64,000 nt of DNA, from NCBI GenBank assembly GCA_964016885.1, contig OZ024740.1, positions 306,218,001-306,282,000 on the forward strand, in the 5' to 3' direction. This DNA is from Eledone cirrhosa (lineage: Eukaryota). Made by a program: the position numbers and the translations under genes. The notes under the pieces are model-generated. The model was not told the origin of the DNA. It ran no database searches and saw only the letters and a program-made list of their open reading frames with translations. This document shows positions 30,797 through 44,296 of the stretch, one piece after another (position 1 is the first letter of the stretch; each line of letters opens with the position of its first letter).

Positions 30797-31227
30797 GATA
30801 TCACCACATACCAGAGTTGGCAATATGGTCATCTTTTCTTAAACATTTAGAGGTGTGCTATACCCCTGAACATATGTGGATCACAATCATTCAATAACTA
30901 CACACAATTGCTCCATCATGGCTATCTGACCAGGTGTGTTTGGAGTATCAACACAACAACCATAAAAACTTGATTAAAACAAGAATATCACCACCACCCA
31001 GCCATCACTGACAAGACACAGTATATGTTTACCACAACGCACACAAATATCTGTCAGAATACTACTAACTACCATCAATACTAGACCCTCTGGCTCCTGT
31101 CCTGTTGTATTCCCCCAGTTCCTCACCATCTGCAGCCATTTGAAAGATATCTTAATGGCCAACAAGACAGCCTTTGTGATGATAACTTTATTTAACACAA
31201 AACATAGTACTCTTCACCACCACTTAC

Positions 31228-31258
31228 CTACAGAGGCCAGCTTGGGGTTCATCATCAT
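31228..31258 (-). CDS. Candidate alternative first coding exon (MMMNPKLASV + G)
   Basis: ATGATGATGAACCCCAAGCTGGCCTCTGTAG|GTAAGTG: consensus donor, phase 1, preceded by unique UTR-like sequence. Confidence 0.4.
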
Positions 31259-31812
31259 TAGCAATTTATGCAGTAAAAGGTGTTGAGGTTCAAATCCCTA
31301 GCACACACACACTCCCCATACTCCCCCTTCACCTTCCAATTAACAGAAATAAACTAACAAACAAAAGAAAAAAAAAGCAACAACCCACACTTATCTAAAG
31401 TTTTAATCTAGAAATACCAGCTTGGAAGGTGGTTGAAGTGAGGTGTGGGTAGGGTAAATTAATGGAAGTTACCCAAAGATTGCTTACCAATTAAAATTCC
31501 ACTACTTAAAAAGACATTCCCCTTACACAGATGTAGCATGTTTGGTTTGGTTTGATTGTTTTTTATGAATTTATTTAGTTTTGTTTTCTTTTTAAATTTG
31601 TTTTCATAAACTGTTGATAACAACTTCTGATGATGAGATGAGAAAAACCCTCCTCCAGGGTACCTGCACCACCCCACACAGACATAGAGTCAGTGTAAGA
31701 AGAGGAAAGAAGGGAGGTGGGAAGATAGTATTTATCAAGGTGACACACACAACATTTTACTGAGGTTTCTTCACCTAATGCTAATCCCTTCTATTATTCA
31801 CACAATAATAAA

Positions 31813-32000
31813 AGGGCGGTGGATTGGCAGTGTCTGTAGAGCATCAGACATGATGCTTTGCAGCATAGAGTTATGGCCTTAACAGTTCTGAGTTCAAATC
31901 CTGCCGAAGTTAACTTTGCCTTTCATCCTAACAGGGTCAATAATATAAAGTACCAGTAATGCACTGGGACATTGCTGACCTTGTGCCAAAAGTAGAAAAT
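31813..32000 (+). mobile_element. SINE family A
   Basis: gggcggtggattggcag ... gagttcaaatcc ... gtgccaaaagtagaaa. Confidence 0.92.
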
Positions 32001-32104
32001 GATTCACACAATATACACAGAGAGGAACACAGAGAAGAAATTGTATGTAGTCTGCTTAGCATGTGCAAAAAATGAGGGTATCACTTGTTCAAGTGGTTCT
32101 GTCT

Positions 32105-32548
32105 CATCATCATCACCGGTTTACGTCCGTTCTTCCATGCTAGCATGGGCTAGATGGGTTGTCCTGTTGTGGGCAGTAACCGGTTGGCTGACCATGCCTT
32201 GCTCATATGGGAACTGATTCTGGCTTGATTTCTACAGCTGGATGCCCTTCCTAACACCAACCTCATTTACAGTGAGTGCTGGGTGCTTTTTTTCCGTGGC
32301 GCCTACACGTCCAATTTACAGTGTGGGCTGGGTGCCTTTTTGCCGTGGCACCTCCACAACCACTTTGCAGTGGGAGGGTGTGGAGGCATATTGTCTATAT
32401 GCTTCAGCTTCGGCTTGTACCCGTGGGGGGTTGGGTCTTCTGTATTACTGCATGACGCCAGAGGTCACGGTCGTGTGTCATCACCTTTGAGAGGTGTAAC
32501 TGAGTAAGGTCGGCTTTTATCACCTTATCCCAGGTCTTCTTGGGTCTC
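32105..32548 (-). mobile_element. RTE 3' end
   Basis: (CAT)n tail, ttccatgctagcatggg, ggatgcccttcctaacaccaacc. The right end encodes RPKKTWDKV on the - strand. Confidence 0.88.
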
Positions 32549-32746
32549 TATGGTCAAGAATTCCAGAGATGGCAAAAAAAATATAAATAAAATAAAAAAC
32601 TCTTCACATCTTTAAATGATAGCAAATCCAGGGTAACATGCAGTGATGAAAAAAAAAAAAACTGAAAGGCAATTTATAACAACCGCACTATCATTAAGAC
32701 AAATGTAAATAAACCAAATTCTTCAAACCAGTCAGATTTTTAAGCA

Positions 32747-32781
32747 AGAGAGAGAGAGAGAGAGAGAGAGTGTGTGGGTGT

Positions 32782-32870
<89 letters not shown>

Positions 32871-32898
32871 CGTGCATATATATATATTTATATATATT
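32747..32898. repeat. Compound (GA)n-(GT)n-(GC)n-(TA)n microsatellite
   Basis: Directly visible. Confidence 0.97.
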
Positions 32899-32929
32899 TC
32901 AATTTAAGGAAGTTGGTTGATCAAATAAT

Positions 32930-33013
32930 TGTTTCTACTTTAGGCACAAGGCCAGCAATTACCCAGTGCATTACTGGTACTTTATTTTATCGACCCCGTA
33001 AGGATGAAAGGCA
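32930..33013 (-). mobile_element. 5'-truncated SINE family A with a 20-bp TSD
   Basis: TSD aagttggttgatcaaataat at 32910-32929 and 33014-33033. Confidence 0.93.
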
Positions 33014-33324
33014 AAGTTGGTTGATCAAATAATCTACCAACTTTGGTTTTAAACATACATAATACATTCTACAACTTGTATTCCTTAAAGCATTATCAAT
33101 TATGTATCAACCGGAGTGTTAATATTATGTATATATATATATAAATAAATCAGGATAGAGTCAGTTTAAAACTAGTTAGACCATTACTCAACAGAGTGCT
33201 CAATAGTTGGGGTAGTAAAGAATGGCTATATATAAAGAGTTTGGACCGATTGCTAAGCTCTTAACATTTCAACAGCTTTTATGGGTTGGACGTCCATATA
33301 TATATATATATATATGTCAAGACA

Positions 33325-33745
33325 ATGTCACTGGACCGAGATCTTTGGCGCTACACAGTAATACAGAAGACCCGCCTTGCCTAAGTACAAAGCGAAACCT
33401 ACAGTCAGTAGGCACCTCTCACAAAAATACCCCCCCATCCACACCACCCCTTTCGATGTAAAGTTATGTTGGTACCACAACATCCAGGCCGAAACAAATG
33501 AGGTCGTGTAGGTGTCACGAAAAAAAAAACACACAGTCCACGCTGTAATGTGGCCATGTAGGTAACACGGTAAAAACCTCCCAGTCCACACTGTAAACGT
33601 AGTTGGTGTTAGGAAGGGCATCCAGCCATAGAAAACCTGCCAGACAGTCCTATACGAGCAAGACAACCAATCTTGCCTCAAGTGGGAAAATTCCCGTCCA
33701 AACCCATGCAAGCGTGGAAGATGGACGTTAAACGATGATGATGAT
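33325..33745 (+). mobile_element. RTE 3' end, same subfamily as 14410-14811
   Basis: Colinear high similarity and a (GAT)n tail. Confidence 0.9.
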
Positions 33746-35174
33746 ATATATATACTCCTATATGAATGTAATAAATACATGAAGATGTTTATGAGTAGGG
33801 CTCTGTGAAGTATGTATTCTGAATTTTAAAATAAGTACACTGTATTCCTATATGTTGTAAAAGATGATTAAAAAGGTTGGGATCAGAAAGGACATTCAGC
33901 CATAAAACTGCCTCATATATATATATATTCTTTTACTGGTTTCAGTCATTAGACTGCCCCCATTACACTGGGGCCCTGAAGGGACTTAGCTGGTCATATC
34001 AACACTAGTACTTATAAGAAATGTTAATAAAGGTTAAGGAATTTTGAGAAGTCCACACACACACAAACAAAATCTCTCAACTGAAATCAAACCATTTTTA
34101 CTAACTCACAGAGAATTTGTCATTCTCACCTCCCTTAACTCAGAATTTATAAATGTATATTGTTTAATACAGTTCGTATAAAAGAAAAATCTTAACTGCT
34201 AATATTTTCTTTATATATTCATACATATATGCATATATAAAATCAATTCTATCTTGTACTTCCATAAATATCCTATGATTAGGAGAATTAGTGTGATTGA
34301 CATTATGAGATATGCAGGCTGAATTTGTGATTTTCAGTTTAGAGTCTAAGTTTGGCTCACATCCTATCCACTACACTTTATTAGGCCATACATTTTTACT
34401 ATCTAATGGCCAATAAGCTTATTAGAGACCACTTATGAAGCATAAAAACTATGAAGAGAACATCAGCTATTTCACAAACAAATCTTCTGAAAAAACTTCA
34501 AACAACCATAAGAATACACAGGAATTTTATAACAAACTAATAAGTCATAAAACAAGGTTATTATTAGCAAAACAGTTTGTTTAATAAAATCTATAAATGC
34601 CGTCATCTACATACCACAGATTGTTGAGGTAGTCAGATACTCATATCTCTGGACTTTAAATTCCAGATTATTCAAGACAACCAATAGGATACGAATATGA
34701 TGACCAAAAGGCACTTTGCTGATCATAGCTAGTAACCTGAAATATGGTTTCTCAACTTGCCAGAAATAAAAGCTAATTTCACCTCAAATATACCTGATTT
34801 AAGAAGTTTTAAAATATATTATCTCTTAAAAATGATTGCCACATTGGATGATATAGTCATAAATTTGAATAAAAGATAGGATTGTTACAAATGGTAGTCT
34901 ATAAATATAGATCTAACTTGGAGTTAAAAAATTATAATAACAGTAAAGACATTTTTTTCTGATGACATCATCAAGTATTATAAGCAGATTTGCAGTTCAT
35001 ACTTGGCAACAGTGTATAAAAAAATTCCAGCATAACAAAATCAATTAAAAGTAGTTGAGCCACAAGGATATATGCTGATTAAAGCTGACTTGATATTAAA
35101 GAGTTGTTACATTAAACAATGTTTAAAACTAAATAAGTTAGAAAAATGCCATTAAGTATGAAGGGTCATTCATT

Positions 35175-35445
35175 TTAGTGTCATGACAAAAAGCACCCAG
35201 GTCGTGTAGGATTCACGACAAAAATTGCCCAGTCCACTCTGTAAAGTGGTCGTGTAGGTGTCACGGCAAAAAGCAACCCGGCCAATCTCTAAATGTGGTT
35301 GGTGTTAGGAAGAACATCCAGCCGTAGCAACCAAGCCAGGAAAAGTTCTGTATGAGCAAGACACAGTCATCTGATCTGCCTCGTCTCACAGCAGGACAAC
35401 TCATCTAACCCATGCTAGCATGTTAAACATAATGATGATGATGAA
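35175..35445 (+). mobile_element. RTE 3' end
   Basis: Subrepeats gtcgtgtaggtgtcacg, then ttaggaagaacatccagccgtag and a (GAT)n tail. Confidence 0.85.
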
Positions 35446-36107
35446 GATGGGATCAATGATTATCAGAATGAAACCGCATACCAATATAGGGAACTATTTT
35501 CTTCATAAAAATGAAAAGAAATGGTTTTTCTGTCTTGAGATTGCAATACTAGCCAAAAGACAAACCAAAGAGAGACTCAACATGATTGACCAAATCTAAT
35601 CCCCACCCAAACAACACATAATACCATTTTTAAAAAGAACACATTGGATAATGCGGTCCAGGACACTGTATGCCTTGGAAAAAGACAGGGTGACTAGTGT
35701 TAGTTACATGTTGAATACAGAAATATAGAAATGTAGGTTGTAAACAATATTGCTAGTTACATGTTAGAAGTAAGGTAAAATTATAGTAATGTCAGCAATC
35801 AGTCAAATTTTATGTAAACATTACTCATAGTAGCCATGTAACATGCCACATGTAAGCTTGTCAATTTTAGTATTTAATAATAGCTACCAATATATTGAGT
35901 TATAAAGTACAGCAGGTAGTGATAGTAGCAACTGGTTACAAATTATATGAAAAACTCTTAAGTCAAGAAGATAAACGTATGCTGAGCATCTGCAAAACCA
36001 ATAGAGAGGGTGAGCTCAACTACATATCATGTACAAGTTTACAGATTAGTTATAAGACCTAATGTATATTGACAAATGAACCAATCTTTATTAATGTTTA
36101 TTACACT

Positions 36108-36482
36108 GACCTGCTAGAAATAGCAGCCCAAATTCCCTTATATGACATCTTGTCTTAACCCTTTAGCATTTACATGACTCTATATTACTGTTTTCGTAGT
36201 AAAGGCTTTACCTCACATAATATCGAATCTATGAGATTTTGATGTTATTTATTTTGAGAACAATACCTTAACATCAGTATGAGCAGCTGATTACAACCGG
36301 TTGAACAGATAGCGGTGAGAGAATTCTGGCCGGATATCGGATATAGCCAGTTTAACTGATAAAGGGTTAAAAAGGGATAGACACATTGGGCTTCGGTGCA
36401 CTCTGCCCAAGAAAAGACAAGACGGTCACCGCCAAAATGTCTTAGCTCAATTATGGCCGACTTATGGTTAAACAACAACAAC
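36108..36482 (+). mobile_element. SINE-like family D with (AAC)n tail, interrupted by a MITE
   Basis: gctagaaatagcagcc ... taaacaacaacaac. Related decayed copies at about 27940-28085, 30140-30325, 34740-34935, 45950-46325, 51480-51575 and 57130-57325. Confidence 0.7.
36155..36370. mobile_element. piggyBac-type MITE family 1 with TTAA duplication
   Basis: TTAAccctttagcattta ... ttaactgataaagggTTAA, inserted in a family D element whose two halves rejoin at one TTAA. Confidence 0.9.
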
Positions 36483-38637
36483 TATAACCTACACCAAATT
36501 ATCCTTATTCCAGTTTAGATGGATGAGGTTGTCTACAAATATGTGTGTGCATGAATATCAGCATATATATCAAAATGTAAACATTAAGTTAATGAAACAA
36601 ACTGTGGTGACAATAACCTAGTTTGTCTTCCTAAATAACTCAACAGTTGATGAGTTCAAATGCATTCAAGAATGGCAGCTTCCTTAGAGCTCTTTGGTCA
36701 AGGCACATAATGCTGCTTTCCTCTGTCTGTCTAATTAGAAGAAAGAATTTGTGTGTTTCATTCACCAGAATCCCACATCTCACTGCAATGCAAGTGCTAA
36801 TAGCTACAGAGATGATGTATGGCCTGGCTAAAGACCACAACACAGAGGTAAATGATAGTATAATGTCTTATCCACGTGAGGCTCCATAGTATTATCTTAT
36901 ATCTTCACCTGCTGTTATGCCACCTCAGTTGGAACTGGCTGAGAGACTAAGAGGACAAAAAGCTAGATAGCATCACAACCTTCCTATTCATTCAGTGTAT
37001 CTCCCTCATTATCCTCTGGGACCTTGAAGCAACATATGATGTTTTAGAAAAGACATGAGAGGATACATGTTTCATGTTAATATACTGAGAATCCATCATC
37101 AAAGAAATCTATTGTTATGCATTTCAAACAAGCAAGGTATAACTATATACTGATATATGAACCTTATTCCTGGAGAAAAACTCTGAACTGACAACACACT
37201 CTAGTTGGCAAATAATAAGACAACTTGATGCACACTACATATGCGTATGAGTTAATACATTACATACACACTCTTTAACTGCTATTGAGTTAATACATTA
37301 CACACACCAACACTACATATGCGAGTGAATGAATACATCACACACATTACAAGCTAAGTACAGAAAATATCAAGAAGACTACTGAAGTTACAATACCTAT
37401 ATATAGATGAGTATATATATGACAGTTAATAGCGAGGATAAGTTGTTTTTAATTTACCACAAAATAAGCCACAAAATGCAAGGGGCTATTACAGAAAATG
37501 GAAAAGTACAAGATAGAACATAATTCAAGGAGAAAGAAGATAACGATTCATTTTGCTTTTGAATTTTTGTGCTCATGAAAGCAAGAAGCCAAAAAAGAAT
37601 TCCATAGACAAGATATTCAAGGGTAGAAATTATCAGAATAGAATTTGTTGAGAGAATTTTTAGAACCACCATACTTCCACCTTAAAACATGAGAATTCTA
37701 TGGCAAAAGGGGATGAACTGTAACTCACCTTACCTACATATGACAATGGCAGAAGATATTACACAAGTATCAACAAAATAAACATACATCATACAGCTTT
37801 TCACAAACATTTTCAGATCTACATCTTCTGTGGACATCAATGAGGGAGGTACCAGGTTTTCTCACAAGATGAATCGGTAGAACAAGCAAAAATCATCATC
37901 ATTTAACACCAAGCAGAGCTACTAACCTCCCAGATAGATGCAGACCCTCCCCCAGCCTATCAAATGCCCCCCAACAGCCACACAGTGTCAGTGCTTAGCA
38001 CCAATAAAGTCAAAGAAAGCTAAATTATTCCCTGGATAGGTAAATACCCCAGAGAATTTGATAGTCATTCTTGACAACTGAGGGAACAGCTGTATATTAT
38101 AGTATTTCTCAAATGTTTAAGATCTACAGTGGATGTGGACTCAAACCATTAATCTGTAACTCAATTTTCAAGATGTCTGCATAGAGAATGGTGGATGAAG
38201 ATATAAGTGAACTCATACAAATGCAACCTATTGAATGTGGAATAGAGTTAATTAAGTCCTCTAAACTGTGAAGTCTTAGGAACACCATTGAAAATCATAT
38301 CTTCAAATAGAATAAGTCAGAGCTCACATTTCCTGCTGCCTAATAGTCCTTGCTCTTTCCCTTCTTTTCTTCACATTTTTGGCATTTATAGTCCTTACCT
38401 CTACTTTCCTATACAGCCAGATCTGCTTTTCTTTACCCTTTCTCCCTTGTTTTTTCATTACTTAATTTTGTTTTATCATTTTTTTTTTTAATTTCCATCA
38501 TTGTATAACTTCAGTTTGTAAAATATAGTTGACATGTTTATGTATAACAGATTATACACTGTTCCCACAGCTAACAATAGTAAACTGTACCTACCATGGT
38601 AATGGTATCTATTTATATTTAACTAACATGAGTAAAA

Positions 38638-38853
38638 TTAACCCTTTAGCATTTAAACCAGCTGTATCCAGCCAGAATTCTCTCACCCCTTTCTGTTCAA
38701 ACCGGCCATAACCAAATTCATATAGACGTTTAGGTTTTGTTCTCAAAATAAATAACATCAAAATCTCATCAATTCAATATTATGTGACATAAGATAAAGC
38801 CACAAAAATACATTAAGAATACATATAGAGTAATGTAAATGCTAATGGGTTAA
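38638..38853. mobile_element. piggyBac-type MITE family 1, opposite orientation to the 36155 copy
   Basis: TTAAccctttagcattta ... taaatgctaatgggTTAA. Confidence 0.9.
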
Positions 38854-40829
38854 ACATGGTTTATTGATGAAGATAATGGAAGGATAACATTGCCAATATG
38901 TATTTAACAAAAAAAAAAAGGAAAGACACCCTGGATAATGTAGTCAGATAATGAATTGATAGTAAATAGTAGATATAGAAGGTGGTGGTTAGGTAACATC
39001 TAAAACCTTAAAGTCAAATATTTTTTTAAAAATCAATGGAGATTGTGTATTGCAAATCCATCCAACCCCTGCTATCATAGAAAAATGAATGTTGATGATA
39101 ACATTCACCTTCAATCACAGAAAATGTTAAATCAAGGCACATAAATACACATCACACATAGGCCCAACTAAAACATATACATACATAAAACACAGAAACA
39201 CATTCAAAGATACATTTGACCAGGATTGTAAATAGTCCACAGTAATTACAAACAGCAAGGCTAGCCAGGCAACCTATCTATTTTTGTTTAGGGAAAAGGC
39301 CAAAGAGCACCTACACCCCCACCCCGCTAAAAAACAACAAATAAGTCAATATATTAATCAGCCCCTTTCACTGTTGCCACCTCTAACCACTGCAGTGTCA
39401 ATTTAATTAGATAAGGGGTCACAAAGGCATAGGTGACAACTGGGGGACAATACTAAGGGGTTACTAAAAAATCTAAACAGAAACACCCTATCTAGTTTAT
39501 ATATAGAATAGATTGAAGGGAAAACAAAAGTATGGTACAAATTAGGGTGCTCCAGTGAAGCTTGTATAGGACACCTCCTGTCATTTCAATACACTTAAGG
39601 TGATTCTACATCAATATTCCTAGTGGCCTTGTATATATAGTCCGGCAGAAAAACCTTCCATATTTTACATATTCAACCCTTAAAATGTGAGGGTATTTTT
39701 GCTGCACCCTGTGTATACATATAATTTAAAAAAACACATGGGACATAAAGAATACAGAAAACCTGGAAAAGATGGACACGTGAACAGTTGCCACTTGCCG
39801 GCTGTCTTCTGGACATCATATTTTTCCCAGTGCATATATATATACAGGATGCCCCCCCCCCCCCCCCCAAAAAAAACCGTATACACACTTCAACACCATT
39901 CTAATAAATATGTGAATGTGTGTGTGCGTGCGTGTACATATATATATATATATTAACTATAATAAAGAAAGGAGTGCGGGATTGCGTCCAGAATATATTT
40001 TTTTACCCCGTTTGTAAAATAAGATGGATTACTTTGAATAAATAATGAATAAATATTACATAATTTATTTGCTAAATTTCGTGGCTGTTGATTAAATATA
40101 TTTGATATCTTATTTAAAGACCTTTAAAATTCACTTCTTTAAAATTTTCAAATGTCAAAACTTCCGGTTAGCGGCCGTTATATTATAACACTTATACAAA
40201 TATCGCATATATTTCCGTCGCTAATTTTCTCCTAATGCAGTTTATATATAATATCGTCTTCTTTTAAATGTATCATGGATTTCGACTGATTACAGAAGAC
40301 AGTGTAACAGACTTTGTTCAATTTCTGTGTATATTGTCAATTACGATTTCATTTGATGTATCATATCTACATGCATATATATTTATGTATAATATCAATA
40401 TACACACTACACATGCTAGCAGAAAACCACCCATAGAGTGGTTTTTCTGCTAGTATATATAATTGAGTAAAATGACAGGAGGCCGGATTGGTGAAATTCC
40501 TTCATGCATTTATTTCAGCAAACACTATGTACATTTCAGTGGCTAGGTTACGCAAGATCCTGGTGACATCATCAGGTGAACATTGCATAATAGTTATATA
40601 ATAAAGGAATAATGGTAAACACAATCCAAGGGGCTATTAGGAGAGAAAGCAGATAAAAGAAAATTCACTGGAGATAGATTAACAAAATTTAATAAGCGAG
40701 GGGGGCGAGCGATTATTCGAGACTCGAGAGTATTTTGAGTATCATTTCTTAAGAATATGTAGCAATGCTATCTAATTTCAATATTAGCTACTTAGTCAAT
40801 ACATATTTCAGTTAGTTCATCACTATGAT

Positions 40830-41775
40830 CAGGAACACAGAATCAGCACCTTGGATATAAGATGCTTCAAAATATCAGTTTGAGTCAAATTTCATTATAA
40901 ACTTTCTAAGCATGACCATCCTATAAATATGTTGTCCTAAAATTAGGACTTAATACGTTTTCCATATTAAAGATAGTGAGATATTTTAGGCTGGTGTGCT
41001 GCTCTGCTACACTGGTCATGTTGAGTTACATAATTGTTGACTTTTACGACACAATTGACTTAGAAGAAGTGATATGGCGAAAAGCTACACAGAAATTTTG
41101 AAACATCTTCCAACAGCAATATGTTTATATATAACAAATATACATTTAATATTGCTGAGAGTACTGTATCCATACATTTCAGAGTTATTACTAATCATCA
41201 GCAGTCACACTAAGATAACGAGGTGTGAAAGTCATAGTCCTGTAAACTATTTTTGCTGAAAGCTTATCTACACACAGTGCCAGCTTTAGTCTAATAGCAA
41301 AGCATCCAAGAGAATTGGAGGTAACAAGTCCTCCAACGATCAATTGGTGATAACAGAAGAACTGTGATATCTGGGAGCTCCTAGTCACGTAATTGCACAG
41401 CAATAGATGTGATGGTCGCCAGATTTTTAGATTGTGAATGCTAGACCACCAGTTGTACAAACAACAGTTGAATGAAGAAAAGCATACGTAATGAGGACAA
41501 AGGAAGCTGTTCAAAGACTATCTTAAAAACAATTTGAAAAGAGTAGCATCAATATACGGGAATAATAATCTGTGGTGGAACCCAACACTTCGACACAGCA
41601 CGAAGTGAACATAACGATAAACGTAAGGGTAAAAAGCATCACGAAGAGACGAAACACGGCGCCTTTTCTCCTACAAGAATTTGTAGAGCCTCGCACTGGC
41701 CTAGATAGTCACAAGCGGGTCCACATACGTTTAATCTGGTGAATAATCATCCCCGAACACCAGGGATTGCCGACT
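40830..41775 (+). mobile_element. Old RTE (BovB/RTE-1-like) LINE 3' portion
   Basis: Fragments GQRKLFKDYLKNNLK and TGLDSHKRVH, and the terminal atcatccccgaacaccagggattgccg motif. Confidence 0.7.
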
Positions 41776-42979
41776 ACATATCTACATATAGTACGTGTTT
41801 GCACAGAGAGGCACGCAGCTGAGTAGTAGTAGTAGTAAGAATTGCTATGCTCAATGCACACACAAGCACAAAGTGTTGTTTACACAAAGATGGTTTACAC
41901 GGCAGAGAGTATTTTGGGTAAACGTTATTGCTGTTAGTGATATGATGCTGGTGGTGGTAATGTAGTAAGTAGATGCCACACATGCATACATAGAGAGAAA
42001 AAAGACACAAATACAGTGTTTATCAAAGAATGTGACAGTTGACAATGGGACAGCAATTGACATTCTCAGCTGTCAAAGCCGTACACACCACCTAGGCCAC
42101 CACTCCATACAAAACAACTACAGCAACAACAATGGGAGTAGAAGAGAAAAGAGTGGTGAGGGCAATAAGGAAAAAGCAACAACGCTTGTGGAGGTGGTAT
42201 AAACAGAGAGAGGAAGAGCAGCAACAACCCACCAAATACATGCTGGAATGACAGCAATGTTGAACCAGCAGCTATTTACACCGTGCTCACTCACTCACTT
42301 ACAACCGCACTACCTTTCTCTCACCCTCTCTCTCTCACACACAGAGATCACGTCAGCAAAGATCGGAGTCCTGACAGTTGTCATTCAGCCCTGTCGTCGC
42401 CGCTAAACCACAGACGAAATCACCAACTAACCGTCTGTTATCAGAGAATCAGCACACATATTCTTTATAAATCACATTGGCTGGCGTTCAGCCGTAGCCA
42501 ATAGTGTAAAAACCATGCAAACACACCGACTACAAGAAGCGAACAGACGAAAACTAGTTCACGTTGCTAAAAAAACAGCAACAACAATGAACCACCTCGG
42601 CCACCATGTATGTATTGTCTCAGAGGAGAAAAAAAGTGGATCCCGAATCAGCTTGCATGCGCACCCCCGGATAACAATATATATAGCATTGCTCTAGTAA
42701 AGTGAATTGTTCATCGGTCACCAACTGGCCAGAAAGAAACTAGTGGTGGTGCTCCAGAATAACAACAGGAGTTTTTAAATCATTTAAATCAATGGTGACT
42801 GCTACTTAGTCATTTTGACGACAACAAACCAGCAAAGGGTCCCTAATAAACAATCATCACAATCACCAAAGCATTGGCATGGAAGCTATTACCATCCACA
42901 AATTAGCCCATTGTGAAATTATCGAATGACAGTGATGCGATAGTAAAATAAGCTGTACGGCCAGTCAGTTTAAATAGTG

Positions 42980-43291
42980 TATGCTTGGGTCCCAAATAAT
43001 ACGGAGAGGGATAAGCGTTTTATATACCAGAATTAGTTATTTAGTTTACATATTGAGGCCCTAACCCATCGTATTTATTTTATAACATATGGGATTTCTA
43101 GTAATGTACTTCTTTTGTCATGCATAATGTGCATAATGTTTTTTTTTAATGTCTAAAGAAAATTACTTGTCGCAGGAATGCTACCACTTAAAATAAAATT
43201 TCACCAGAGGTAGATTGGCAAAATTTAATAAGCAGGAGGGAGCGATTGAAAAATTAATGGGGGGGGGGGTGTTATTCAAGACCCGAGAGTA
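42980..43291 (-). mobile_element. Tc1/mariner-type MITE (TACTCTC family)
   Basis: Reverse-complement match to 55005-55351. Ends ttcaagacccgagagTA. A partial copy ends at 40732. Confidence 0.82.
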
Positions 43292-44292
43292 GATAAAAAA
43301 TAAAAGCGCGCCTTCCTTTCGCTTACTAACATACTTCCCTACTTACTAACATACGCCACACTTCTAAATGTATAAATTATGAATACATCAAACACGTGAA
43401 TAATCACAACCCATTTCAACATATACGATAACGAGAAAAAAGAAGTGTCCATGAAGTCACTCGACTCCCTAGAAAAAGCAGTCAAATCGGCACCCAATCA
43501 CGAAAGCATGTTACATACTATCAAGTCACATTCGATTAAGAATGATGGCTGACAATGGAAAAAAATACGGAAAGACCGATAGCCCCATCTCTTCAGTCAA
43601 CCTCTGGAAATCACAACGATTTCGGTCAAATTATGGTCGATATACATACATAGTCGCTAGCCTCCTTTGATCCAGCGGAACACCCAAGGTATGACAGCTG
43701 GAATGAAAGAGGGCTGCACCAGCACTGGCAAGGTATTCTATTGATCTCGAAAGGGTGAAAGGAAAAGTGAACTTTGGCGTGATTTGAACTCAGAACGCAG
43801 AGAACAACGATCTAACGCCTACCAAATCAACCGAAATTACACACGCAAATACATTTCGAAGCGAATATTATAGAAACAAATGCCCTATCGTTATTAATGT
43901 GTATCAAATTAGTTAGAGATAAAACTATACACTGCATTAAAACACATGGTAATGATGAGGATGATGGTAGACATCATATATAATGATCACTAACAAATCA
44001 AATTATATATATTCTTTATTAAGGCAAAGTGATGAGTCGTATTAGTTTGCAGTTTCACCTGTGTATTCACAGGATCATCAGACAAGATGGCCATAATAAA
44101 GTAGATTTAAACTAGTATTGAGTACTCATTCTCACGTCCGTCAACATCACAGATTATATATATATACACATACATACACACGTGTGTGTGTAAATATATA
44201 TTTAATGTAATGTAATATAAATGGATGGGTAGACAAACATACTACACAATAACATTAACAGAGAAAAGCACAGTGCGTTAAAGCAGCCTTAC

Positions 44293-44296
44293 TCAT
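44293..44296 (-). CDS. Candidate first exon ending ATG A | GTAAGG
   Basis: Donor directly after the ATG, inside CpG-rich unique sequence with TGACGT motifs at about 44331 and 44399. Confidence 0.2.

Noticed and set aside
37727-37742. Two adjacent strong - strand donors (GTAAGG and GTGAGT)
   Set aside because: The nearest ATG is followed immediately by TAG and no exon structure is supported.
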